64,000 nt of DNA from Promethearchaeota archaeon (GTDB taxonomy: Archaea; Asgardarchaeota; Lokiarchaeia; Sigyniarchaeales; SOKP01), in the NCBI GenBank assembly GCA_019058365.1, contig JAHPZE010000002.1, positions 32,001 through 96,000 of the forward strand. The letters are read 5' to 3'. Shown here in pieces: positions 1 through 7,943 of the stretch. How positions within the stretch are numbered: position 1 is the stretch's first letter; every line of letters starts with the position of its first letter. A model generated the notes under the pieces. That model was not told the DNA's origin, ran no database searches, and worked only from the letters and a program-made list of their open reading frames with translations. The position numbers were made by a program, and so were the translations under genes.

Positions 1-555
1 AAATCCATAACAAATTTAAATAATAAATATCAAAAAGGCACAGTTAATGATAATTTTTTCAGAAAAGCTTTGAAAAGTACTATGAATAATTTTTTAAAGT
101 TAAGTTTTATTATAAAAGAAAATAACCTTCAGTTACCAGATCTATTAAACAAAATGAACATATCTCGAGAGTACAATTCCGTGTTGGATCTTATCAATCG
201 TATTTACACTCTAAATTTATCCGACAATAAAATAATTACTAAAAATCATAGTTTTTTGGAGTTACCTGGCATTACTTCAGAAATTACCTCCTCTTTTATA
301 ACACTTATGGATGCTTTAACTTTAGATGGTCTAACAAAAAAAGAAATAATTTTTAATTTATTTGATGAATTAAATCATAACTTGGGTAATTTTCCAGGAT
401 TAGATGATACACTAGATAAAGTCAAGTCAGTACAAAAAAGTGCTGCAAATCAAATTGATTTACTAAGATCCGATGCAAAATTAAGAGAAAAATTAATAAA
501 TGAGTTATATCAAATATTTAAAGAATTTCAAAATAAATTGAATCTCAAATCCTAA
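1..555 (+). CDS. Hypothetical protein, 5'-truncated by window edge
   Basis: The frame of ORF 70..555 stays open back to base 1, so the TTG at 70 is probably internal. No recognisable motif. Confidence 0.55.
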   Translation, partial: KSITNLNNKYQKGTVNDNFFRKALKSTMNNFLKLSFIIKENNLQLPDLLNKMNISREYNSVLDLINRIYTLNLSDNKIITKNHSFLELPGITSEITSSFITLMDALTLDGLTKKEIIFNLFDELNHNLGNFPGLDDTLDKVKSVQKSAANQIDLLRSDAKLREKLINELYQIFKEFQNKLNLKS

Positions 556-601
556 GTAAAATAATAAAATTAATATTTTTTCTCTTATTTAAAATCACAT
601 A

Positions 602-871
602 ATGCCCCGTCCCGGTTTAAGATCTAAAACCCAAGCAAGGAAAAAATTAAGCACGCCTGGGAATCAAAATGTCACCCATTATTGGAGAAAAAAACCCAAA
701 AGAGCAAATTGTGCGATTTGTAAAAAACCTCTTCAGGCTGTTCCAAGATTACGACCTTCCAAAATGGTTAAAACCCAATTAACCTCAAGAAGGGCAAATA
801 GAATGGAAAGTGGAAGGTATTGTGCAAACTGTCTTCAGACTTTAATAAAAGAGACCGTTTGGAGTCAATAA
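602..871 (+). CDS. rpl34e: 50S ribosomal protein L34e
   Basis: MPRPGLRS...TPG...H...KP...CAICKKPL...R...YCANC zinc-finger pattern; sits upstream of cmk and rpl14e as in other archaea. Confidence 0.95.
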   Translation: MPRPGLRSKTQARKKLSTPGNQNVTHYWRKKPKRANCAICKKPLQAVPRLRPSKMVKTQLTSRRANRMESGRYCANCLQTLIKETVWSQ

Positions 872-973
872 AATTTCTCTGATTTTTTTTAATTTCTTTT
901 GCTTTAATAATAAAAATCATAAATATTCTTCTTCTTAATTGAATTAATATTTAAATTAAAATAACCAAATAAA

Positions 974-1507
974 ATGATTATAACAATTTCAGGACCTCAT
1001 GGAACTGGAAAATCTACAATAGGAAAATTAATTGCAGAAAAGTTTGGAATCCAATATTATAGTACTGGACAAGCTTTCAGAGATCTAGCACAAGAAATGA
1101 ATATGACTTTAGAAGAATTTACTAAATATGCAGAAAAACATCCTAAAATTGATGAAAAGCTAGATGATAAAATAAATGAAATTGCTCAAAGAGGGAATAT
1201 AATTATTGATAGTCAATTAAGTGGGCATATTCTGAAAACTATAGCAGATTTGAAAATACTGTTAATATGCCCTTTAGAAATCAGAGTTAAACGGATGGCT
1301 GAAAGAGATAATACAAATTATGAAAAAAAGTTAAAAGAAACCAAATTAAGAGAAAAATCAGAATTGGAACGATTTCATAGTCTCTATGATATCGATTTGA
1401 GTGATCAAGAGGCTTTAAAAAAAATATATGATCTTATCATAAACACAGAAAACCTCACAATCGAAGATATCGTAGAAAAAATTCTTACAAAATTAAAAAA
1501 ATTGTAA
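974..1507 (+). CDS. cmk: Archaeal cytidylate kinase
   Basis: MIITISGPHGTGKST P-loop, STGQAFR motif, conserved rpl34e-cmk-rpl14e context. Confidence 0.92.
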   Translation: MIITISGPHGTGKSTIGKLIAEKFGIQYYSTGQAFRDLAQEMNMTLEEFTKYAEKHPKIDEKLDDKINEIAQRGNIIIDSQLSGHILKTIADLKILLICPLEIRVKRMAERDNTNYEKKLKETKLREKSELERFHSLYDIDLSDQEALKKIYDLIINTENLTIEDIVEKILTKLKKL

Positions 1508-1647
1508 AAATCTTTTTAGTTTTGAAAAACACAAAAATTTTATTTTAATATTGATTTATAATAATACTATAAATTAATTACGTTTACTGGATGTTAAAAA
1601 TAGCCAGTAATTAAGAATTATTTAAAAATAATTTGGTGACAAATTAT

Positions 1648-1920
1648 ATGAGCGTATATGATATTGGTAGACTATGCGTTAAAACTATGGGAAGAGAAGC
1701 AGGATTTCACTGTGTAATTGTTGATATCATTGATAAAAACTACTTGCTAATTGATGGATTAAAAGTCCGAAGAAGAAGAGTAAATTATAGACATATCGAA
1801 CCAATCACAGAAACAATAGAAATTAAAAAAGGAGCATCACATGAGCATGTAGAAACTGCGATCAAAAAGTCTAAATTAGAAAAGAAAATGAATGAAGTTA
1901 TCTCTATCCCAATCAAATAG
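1648..1920 (+). CDS. rpl14e: 50S ribosomal protein L14e
   Basis: GRLCVKTMGREAG.HCVIVDIIDKNYLLIDG KOW motif, VRRRRVN; ATG at 1648 preferred over TTG at 1633. Confidence 0.95.
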   Translation: MSVYDIGRLCVKTMGREAGFHCVIVDIIDKNYLLIDGLKVRRRRVNYRHIEPITETIEIKKGASHEHVETAIKKSKLEKKMNEVISIPIK

Positions 1921-2006
1921 TCAGAATAAAGATTAACATAAAAAACATTTTATTTTCATTTTTTAAATGCAACGGTTGCCTAGCCCGGTACGGCGCTGGC
2001 TTGGAG

Positions 2007-2025
2007 TGGGAAGTTTCACCCAGAA
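2007..2025 (+). other. Canonical tRNA intron (37/38), 19 nt, BHB
   Basis: Central helix TTGG/CCAG, bulges AG|T and AA|A. Confidence 0.9.
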
Positions 2026-2056
2026 AGCCAGTGTGTGAATGCACTCGGGGGTTCAA

Positions 2057-2086
2057 ATAATAAGAATCATCTTCTTATTGGAATAA
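2057..2086 (+). other. Non-canonical tRNA intron (58/59, T-loop), 30 nt, BHB
   Basis: Central helix GTTC/GAAT, bulges AA|A and AA|A, intron hairpin TAATAAGAA-tcatc-TTCTTATTG. Confidence 0.88.
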
Positions 2087-2126
2087 ATCCCTCCCGTTGC
2101 GTATTTTTCTCTATAGATTTATTGGA

Positions 2127-2729
2127 CTAAACATCGGGAAATTCTAAAGATTTTGCTTTTTGCCCTGCGAACATTCCACCCATACCACCAGAAGCCTGTG
2201 ACTGAAGCTTTAGCAATCTTTGTGTTAATGTATTAATTCCTAATGAACATAGGAAATACCACGAAGTAAAATTAATCCAAACTGAACCAGCACGGATAAA
2301 ATTTCCTATTAAAGGAATATCATTAGCATTCATAGGACTAAGGGCAACTGGAGCTCCTCTAAACAACATATTCACAATACCAAAAATTATTATCATTGGA
2401 ACAAACGTAATACAAGTTGGTTTCATCCTTTGAAGTGTCATTTTTTGTTGAGACTTTTTTATCATTGTATCTTTCCTTTCCCATCTTTTTCTAGCTTTTT
2501 TATAACGTTCAGGGTCTATTTCAGCCAAATCTATGATCTTTTGTTTTTCTTCTTCATGAGCTTTGGTTTGTGTTTGTTTACGATTTATCTCATTTGTATC
2601 TACCAACCACCTTGTTAAAAGAGTGCTTATTAATGCTGTTGTTATAGCTAATAATAAAACAAATATCATTGTTCCCGGAGGAGTGGTAATCAAATCCAAA
2701 AATGCATTTTGCAAGATTGAAAACAACAT
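2127..2729 (-). CDS. EMC3/TMCO1 (DUF106, Oxa1 superfamily) membrane insertase-like protein
   Basis: TM helix, coiled coil, 'MKP...TFVP.IIIF', 'WYFLCS' motif; directly downstream of secY. Confidence 0.88.
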   Translation of the reverse strand: MLFSILQNAFLDLITTPPGTMIFVLLLAITTALISTLLTRWLVDTNEINRKQTQTKAHEEEKQKIIDLAEIDPERYKKARKRWERKDTMIKKSQQKMTLQRMKPTCITFVPMIIIFGIVNMLFRGAPVALSPMNANDIPLIGNFIRAGSVWINFTSWYFLCSLGINTLTQRLLKLQSQASGGMGGMFAGQKAKSLEFPDV

Positions 2730-2890
2730 ATCAATATTTATTTATATTGAAATGGTAATAAACTTTTCAGATGAGGTTCTCTTCAGAAAAATCTATCAAG
2801 AATTTTAAATATTCTAATTAAAGGTATTTTTATCGTTATAATATTTACCATTTTGGCTATAATTGCCAACTATAACAGAAAAAATATTTT

Positions 2891-4369
2891 TTAGTCCATT
2901 CCTAGCAGGGCTCTCATACCCGGATACTGACTTGCAGCTAATTCTTTCGAAATCGTCTCGGCATAATTGTGGATGATTCCGATGGCAATTAGTAATCCCG
3001 TGCCTGAAGACAATGCTCTTAAAGTGTCGGCAGAAAAACTTATCACCGCAATAATGATTCCGTTTAATATAATTAATGTTGGGATATATCGTTTTAAAAT
3101 TCTCTCGATTATTTTTGATGAACTTCGGAATCCAGGAACTTCCATTTTTGAATCTATTATTTGATCCGCGATGTCACGGGGGGCGAGTCCTGAGACTTCA
3201 ACCCAGACTCGGCCGAGCAATATACAAAGAAAAATCAATACTACCAGATAAAAGATTGCTCGGAATGGATCTGCTACTACTTGATCAATTCCCAATGGTG
3301 GAGTAAGTAAATATATCAACCCAGATGTAGGTATGAGTTGGTTTCCTGAAACAGTACCAGTCCCTTCTTGAATACGAAATACTCCTATCAAATTGACCCA
3401 AAAATCAGGAATGAGTCCTCCATTTTTCGCTCGTATTCCTGAATAAGGTCCCGCGAACAATTGCCCAAAGAATAAAACGTTAGCATATAATGCATTAACC
3501 AAAATTACGGGAATATTTGAAACATAAAGCAATTTCATTGGATATTTCGATTTAAAACCTCGATAGCCTCGATATGCAAGAGGGATTTCAATGCGCGTAG
3601 ATTCAAACCAAATTACCACTAGAAAAATAATTATGGTGGTAACGATACCTAATAACGAGGGAAATGAACCTCTTAATAAAATCTGCCCTAGATTTGTGTC
3701 AGATTTTCCATCAAATAACACGGTAAAGAAAGCGATAACTATACCTCTAGGGAGATTATCTTGAGCAGGAATCCAACTGAAACAATTCCAAAATATTTGA
3801 CCGGAAACACCTGCTGCTATAAACAAGGAAACTCCGCTGCCAAGACCCCATCCTTTTTGAAGCAATTCATCTAATAATATTATTATTATTCCTGCAAACA
3901 GTAATTGAAAGAAAATAAAAAAAGCTCCCTGTATGCCTATTTCTGACAATTTCCCAAATGCTCCTCCCGCAATATATGCTATAGAATTGAAAATGGTTAA
4001 AAACACTGCCATCACTTTTTGAGCTCCACTAAACATAGCTCTGTCGTATGGATCGGACATGTTTACATTAATTATTTTAGACCCTAGAAGCAGTTGCATA
4101 ATAAGACCCGCTGTGACTATCGGACCTATACCTAATTCCGTTAATGTTCCTCTCTGACTAGCAAGAATAACTCTTAACCAATAGAAATAATCAGTTGAAT
4201 CTGCAAGGTTTACACCATATAGAGGAATATTACTTAATATTATATAAATAATAAGTACAACAGCTGTCCAAATAAACTTTTCTTTAAAAGTAACCTCGCG
4301 TTGCGGCTGTTTGATTTCCGGCATTGCTTTTACGAATGGTGTGAAGAATTTAAGGAACTTTCCAGCCAT
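2891..4369 (-). CDS. secY: Preprotein translocase subunit SecY/Sec61alpha
   Basis: GTLTELGIGPIVTAGLIMQLL, KGWGLGSGVSLFIAA, YP.KLLYVSNIPVIL, GTGLLIA motifs. Confidence 0.98.
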   Translation of the reverse strand: MAGKFLKFFTPFVKAMPEIKQPQREVTFKEKFIWTAVVLIIYIILSNIPLYGVNLADSTDYFYWLRVILASQRGTLTELGIGPIVTAGLIMQLLLGSKIINVNMSDPYDRAMFSGAQKVMAVFLTIFNSIAYIAGGAFGKLSEIGIQGAFFIFFQLLFAGIIIILLDELLQKGWGLGSGVSLFIAAGVSGQIFWNCFSWIPAQDNLPRGIVIAFFTVLFDGKSDTNLGQILLRGSFPSLLGIVTTIIIFLVVIWFESTRIEIPLAYRGYRGFKSKYPMKLLYVSNIPVILVNALYANVLFFGQLFAGPYSGIRAKNGGLIPDFWVNLIGVFRIQEGTGTVSGNQLIPTSGLIYLLTPPLGIDQVVADPFRAIFYLVVLIFLCILLGRVWVEVSGLAPRDIADQIIDSKMEVPGFRSSSKIIERILKRYIPTLIILNGIIIAVISFSADTLRALSSGTGLLIAIGIIHNYAETISKELAASQYPGMRALLGMD

Positions 4370-4735
4370 ATTTAATCAGCAACGTAAGTATTTTTGAATA
4401 GTTAGCGATAATTGCACTAACTTATTAATATCAAATTCTTAAATTTGAAGTGTAATTTTAAAAAAATAGAATTTTAAAAAAAGTTTGCGATTTAATAATG
4501 TATCTGATATGATGATGATTCAAATATTTAAAGTAGAATTATGAAATATAAAAAAAGTAAATAAAAAAATATCTATCTTTTATGTTATAAAAACCAAAAT
4601 TAATTAAATAAAATTCTAAAGATTTAATTTAAAATTGGTTTATATAAATCTTCCTTTTCTTTTATTTTTTTATTAATATTTATTATTTTATTTGCCAAAT
4701 TGCTTTCTTAGTTAATGAATTGTTTATTAGTGTCC

Positions 4736-5026
4736 TTAGAAAAGGGATCCAATCCCCGTAGGCTCTTCTTCGACTGCTTCTTCTTTTTCCTTCTTTTTTT
4801 CCTTCTTTTTTTCAGTTTTTTCTCCGGCAGGAGCTACCATTACCGGCATAGACCCAGCAGATTTTATAATTTCATCAATATCTGCTTGTTTTAGACCAGC
4901 AATTAATTTAACGATTTGATCTTTATCAACTTTCGCACCTGCGGCAGTTAATACTTTTTCTACATTCGCTTCGTTAATTTTTCCTCCAGCTTTATGTAAT
5001 AATAAGGCAGCGTAAATACTTTCCAT
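4736..5026 (-). CDS. rpl12p: 50S ribosomal stalk protein P1 (L12p)
   Basis: MESIYAALLLHKAG..INE N-terminus and acidic tail ending GIGSLF. Confidence 0.96.
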   Translation of the reverse strand: MESIYAALLLHKAGGKINEANVEKVLTAAGAKVDKDQIVKLIAGLKQADIDEIIKSAGSMPVMVAPAGEKTEKKKEKKKEKEEAVEEEPTGIGSLF

Positions 5027-5101
5027 AATATCTAACCTCTTTTTTATTTTTTTATCTTAATATTAGTAATTTTAATTGAAATATCAAAAAATCTTAATTT
5101 T

Positions 5102-5995
5102 TTATCCAAAAAGACCTCCAATACCAACTTCTTCTTCCTCCTCGGTTTCATCTTCAGCTTTTTTTTCTTCAACTTTAGATTCTGGTTCAGCCGATAATTC
5201 GATCTCCTCTCCAAAGATCATTGCTTTTATTGTATTAACCTCAGATACAGCTTTCCGAATATATTCTTCTGTCATTTCCTCTAAATAGAATGGCATTTCA
5301 AAAAGAATTCCTAGTGCCTCTCTATAAACTTTAGTGAAATCTTGTTTGAATTTTATCATATCCATATATAAGATTTCTTCAGGGATTATTTCACCGTCGT
5401 TCCAAGCAAAGTGAATTTTTATCAATGATTCTATTGGTGTAATTCCCAGCTTTTTTAAAACCGCTGCTTGCTTAACATTAACCAAATCACCAGCTTTATG
5501 GGTTCTTGTATCTTCACGAACATGTATCGTATCATTCATAATTCTCGTTGGCAATCGCAATGTCATATTCAATTCACTAATTACTTGTCCTGTGGGTAAA
5601 CCAGTATCACCTGCAGGAACCCATATATCTACAGGAGTAACTTCATTGGGTTTTGCTGGTACCATCCACTCATTTTCAAGAAATATCTTTTTTAATTCAA
5701 ATAGATCAATATTTGTAAATACAAGACTAGATTGCCCAGGAATATGATTTGCAAATTCATCCAAGTTTTTCTTTTTAGCTTCACTTTTAAATTGTTCTAT
5801 TGCTCGTAATTGAAGTGATTTTTTAGACATTCTAAATACTGCTTTTCCTCTCAAAATTTTCCTCATTGTTTGAAATTGCATGTCGCTTATATGAGCAACA
5901 TCAATTACAGCGATGTTCTTATAATTTTTAAATAAATCAACTAAATGATTAATTTCATCTATCTTCCATTGTGGTATATGTTTTTTTTTAATCAT
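5102..5995 (-). CDS. rplP0: 50S ribosomal protein P0 (uL10)
   Basis: IPQWK...V, PAGDTGLPTG, LKKLGITP, C-terminal GIGGLFG; ATG at 5995. Confidence 0.95.
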   Translation of the reverse strand: MIKKKHIPQWKIDEINHLVDLFKNYKNIAVIDVAHISDMQFQTMRKILRGKAVFRMSKKSLQLRAIEQFKSEAKKKNLDEFANHIPGQSSLVFTNIDLFELKKIFLENEWMVPAKPNEVTPVDIWVPAGDTGLPTGQVISELNMTLRLPTRIMNDTIHVREDTRTHKAGDLVNVKQAAVLKKLGITPIESLIKIHFAWNDGEIIPEEILYMDMIKFKQDFTKVYREALGILFEMPFYLEEMTEEYIRKAVSEVNTIKAMIFGEEIELSAEPESKVEEKKAEDETEEEEEVGIGGLFG

Positions 5996-5999
5996 TATT

Positions 6000-6728
6000 T
6001 CACACCTCAATACTTTTTAGGAACTCTTCTGTCACTTTCACGGGTTTTCCCATTGTAGATTTAAGATACATAGATTTAAAGTTGTTAAATTTGTGTGGCA
6101 TTTGATCAGCAATGAAATTCACTACAGCTTTCATATTTTCATATAACTTTTGCCTATCCAGAGATTTTTTACCGATCTTAGCGAAGATAATGGGTTGCTT
6201 TTTCATTTGAATCCTAATTATTTTTTTATATCGTTCATAAGCTACATTTAAATCTTCTACGCTAGAAATAATCCCATATCCAGTAGGAAAAGGTTTTGGC
6301 ATTTTACCAACGGGTCCAAGATATCTAGCTAAATATCGAGCGACATCTCTCATCATTTTATCTTCCACAACAAAAAATTCATATCTTTTAGCAAATTTTT
6401 TCTTGTATTTTTTCTCTTCATTATTCAAATTAATCAAACCGCTTGAATCTAAAGTTTCCACCCCAAGTTTTTTCGCTTCTTGTAAAATCTCATCTGACGC
6501 AATTACACAAATATTAGGTCTGTCATTTGTAATTACTTCATTTGATAAGATAATTTCTTTATCAATTCTGCTTTTTGGATCGTTTAGATTAATATCTTTA
6601 ATATTAATGATGATATCAATAGACTCATCGAATTTTCTGACTTTGCCTTTAAACCCTTCTTTCTTCATTATAGAAAAATCAATAGCAGCGTTTAATGATT
6701 TCTTTAATAATTTATCATCGACTTTCAA
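6000..6728 (-). CDS. rpl1: 50S ribosomal protein L1 (uL1)
   Basis: RKFDESIDIIIN, LGPVGKMPKP, KSTMGKP; L11-L1-P0-P1 operon. Confidence 0.96.
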   Translation of the reverse strand: MKVDDKLLKKSLNAAIDFSIMKKEGFKGKVRKFDESIDIIINIKDINLNDPKSRIDKEIILSNEVITNDRPNICVIASDEILQEAKKLGVETLDSSGLINLNNEEKKYKKKFAKRYEFFVVEDKMMRDVARYLARYLGPVGKMPKPFPTGYGIISSVEDLNVAYERYKKIIRIQMKKQPIIFAKIGKKSLDRQKLYENMKAVVNFIADQMPHKFNNFKSMYLKSTMGKPVKVTEEFLKSIEV

Positions 6729-6734
6729 ATTTTC

Positions 6735-7330
6735 TTAATCACCTCTTAAGATGTCATCAAATTCCCCTTTATCTATTTTTTTTTGGATAGCTCTTGGATC
6801 TTGTCCTTCTACTGTTAACCCCACTGATAATGCTGTTCCTAACACTGTTTTTATGCCTGCTTTAATTGTTTTATCTAAAAATTTATCTCTTTTAGCCTTC
6901 ACTACATTTTGAACTTGATCAAGTGTCAAATTTCCTATTTTTGTTTCTGAACAACTAGCACTCCCTTTTTCAACACCTACCTCTTTCAGCAATAATGATG
7001 CAGTAGAAGGTGTTTCTATAAAAATTTCAAATTGCTTTGTCTCCGGATCACATTCAATTCTAACGGGTACGGTTAGTCCCCTAAATACCATTGTCTGCTT
7101 GTTGATTTCGTCAACCACATCTTTAATATGTGCATCGAAAATCGAAATAATTTTCGTTTATGCCTGTGGGACCAACAGCAGGACCTTTACCATAATTTGA
7201 CAAAAGCGATATGCTTTATGCAATAGGCGGCCCTCCTGATGCATTTGGGGTCTAATCGAAATGATTATTAAAGATATACACTCCCACCAGTCACAAGAGC
7301 CTTTACAACAATTTTTCCTTTTTCACTCAC
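6735..7330 (-). CDS. rpl11: 50S ribosomal protein L11 (uL11), split by three BHB introns; exons 7330-7281, 7243-7223, 7186-7158, 7129-6735 (495 nt, 164 aa)
   Basis: The ORF track shows only the C-terminal 127 aa. The spliced N-terminus reads [46 protein letters not shown], the conserved uL11 GG.A..GPP.GPA.GP.G.N motif. GTG start at 7330 is preceded by GGTGAG. Confidence 0.92.
7130..7157 (-). other. rpl11 mRNA intron 3 (28 nt, near-perfect BHB)
   Basis: Central helix GCAU/AUGC, bulges AA|A and AC|A, intron helix CGAAAAUU-auuuc-GAUUUUCG. Confidence 0.9.
7187..7222 (-). other. rpl11 mRNA intron 2 (36 nt, relaxed BHB)
   Basis: Exon helix AGGGCC/GGUCCU, central helix GCCU/UGGU (one U.U), cuts AU|U and AA|A; inner hairpin AAAGC-auauc-GCUUU; contains an in-frame UAA. 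Confidence 0.83.
7244..7280 (-). other. rpl11 mRNA intron 1 (37 nt, relaxed BHB/BHL)
   Basis: Central helix UGGG/CCCA, cuts AG|U and AA|U; inner hairpin UAAUC-auuuc-GAUUA; contains an in-frame UAA. Confidence 0.85.
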
Positions 7331-7385
7331 ATACTCTCACCGTTTTTTTTAATAATTCTTGGTTTAAAAAATATCCTAAAAGGTA

Positions 7386-7456
7386 AGAACGCGAAATTAC
7401 TAATTATTCCTATTTCAATATTTTTATTATATCGAAACCGCATTAATTTGCGTCCT
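7386..7456 (-). promoter_or_regulatory. Structured 5' leader of the rpl11-rpl1-P0-P1 operon
   Basis: Outer stem AGGACGC-AAATTA/TAATTT-c-GCGTTCT enclosing a 10-bp stem GTTTCGATAT/ATATTGAAAT; TATA-like TTTAAAAA at about 7483-7476 just upstream. Confidence 0.5.
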
Positions 7457-7534
7457 AAGTTTCTTAGAATAATTTTTTTTAAACTTAGTAAGTTTTAGAA
7501 TAAAGCAACCTTAAAAAATTTTTCCAGAATTAAA

Positions 7535-7720
7535 TTAAAATCTACAACATAGCCTACGACCATGATTTAGATCACACTTTAAATATTCTTCAGATAAAAT
7601 ATTCATTATTGTATCACGATCCAAGTTTACTTTCTTGATAATATCTTCAATCTCAATTCCAGGAGTCGATATTAAGTCAAAAATCTTTTTCTTAACTTCT
7701 TCACTAATTTCTGAGCTCAT
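7535..7720 (-). CDS. Small hypothetical protein, possibly HTH-like
   Basis: 61-aa ORF with ATG start and amphipathic helical pattern; ends CCRF. Confidence 0.6.
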   Translation of the reverse strand: MSSEISEEVKKKIFDLISTPGIEIEDIIKKVNLDRDTIMNILSEEYLKCDLNHGRRLCCRF

Positions 7721-7752
7721 TATGATGAAATATAGATTTTCCTTAATAAATT

Positions 7753-7917
7753 TTAACTATTAAATCTGATTATTTCGTAAGCAATTTACTAATTAAGTAT
7801 TATTCAATCTGCGACTCCACTCTCAGCAACACTTTTAGGCATTCCAAAAGGTATATTTGTCACTTTAGATTCTGTTAGTGTTTTTACACATTCTGTATAG
7901 GAACGAAAAAGTATCAA
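7753..7917 (-). pseudogene. Degraded C-terminal fragment of CheB-type methylesterase
   Basis: Translates KTLTESKVTNIPFGMPKSVAESGVAD*IILN**IAYEIIR, resembling the CheB C-terminal 'T.A....S.VFGMPK.....G.AD..LP...IA..I', with three in-frame stops. Confidence 0.6.
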
Positions 7918-7943
7918 TTCTAAGAAACTTGAATTATGCCGTT

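Larger units (their letters stand above)
1969..2101 (+). tRNA. tRNA-Ser(GGA) with two introns (2007..2025 at 37/38; 2057..2086 at 58/59 in the T-loop)
   Basis: Acceptor stem GCAACGG/CCGTTGC plus discriminator G; anticodon stem CTGGC/GCCAG with TT-GGA-G|A loop; long variable arm GTGT-GAAT-GCAC; T-arm GGGGG-TTCAA|AT-CCCTC after intron removal. Both inserts form BHB motifs. Confidence 0.93.

Noticed and set aside
2430-3306. Short antisense ORFs in the track (e.g. 2430, 2563, 2967, 3076; also 6403, 8415, 35790, 54409, 63679)
   Set aside because: They are shadows of well-supported genes on the opposite strand and carry no motifs.
6735-7118. GTG at 7118 as the true rpl11 start
   Set aside because: It would delete the conserved proline-rich N-terminal motif, which is encoded upstream.
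6735-7330. rpl11 as a frameshifted pseudogene
   Set aside because: The exon blocks encode an undamaged uL11 motif, the gene heads an intact ribosomal operon with an SD, and all three inserts have BHB-consistent ends. Random decay would not produce this.
7535-7552. C-terminal CCRF as a CaaX prenylation signal
   Set aside because: A four-residue match is weak evidence, and no prenyltransferase context is present in the window.
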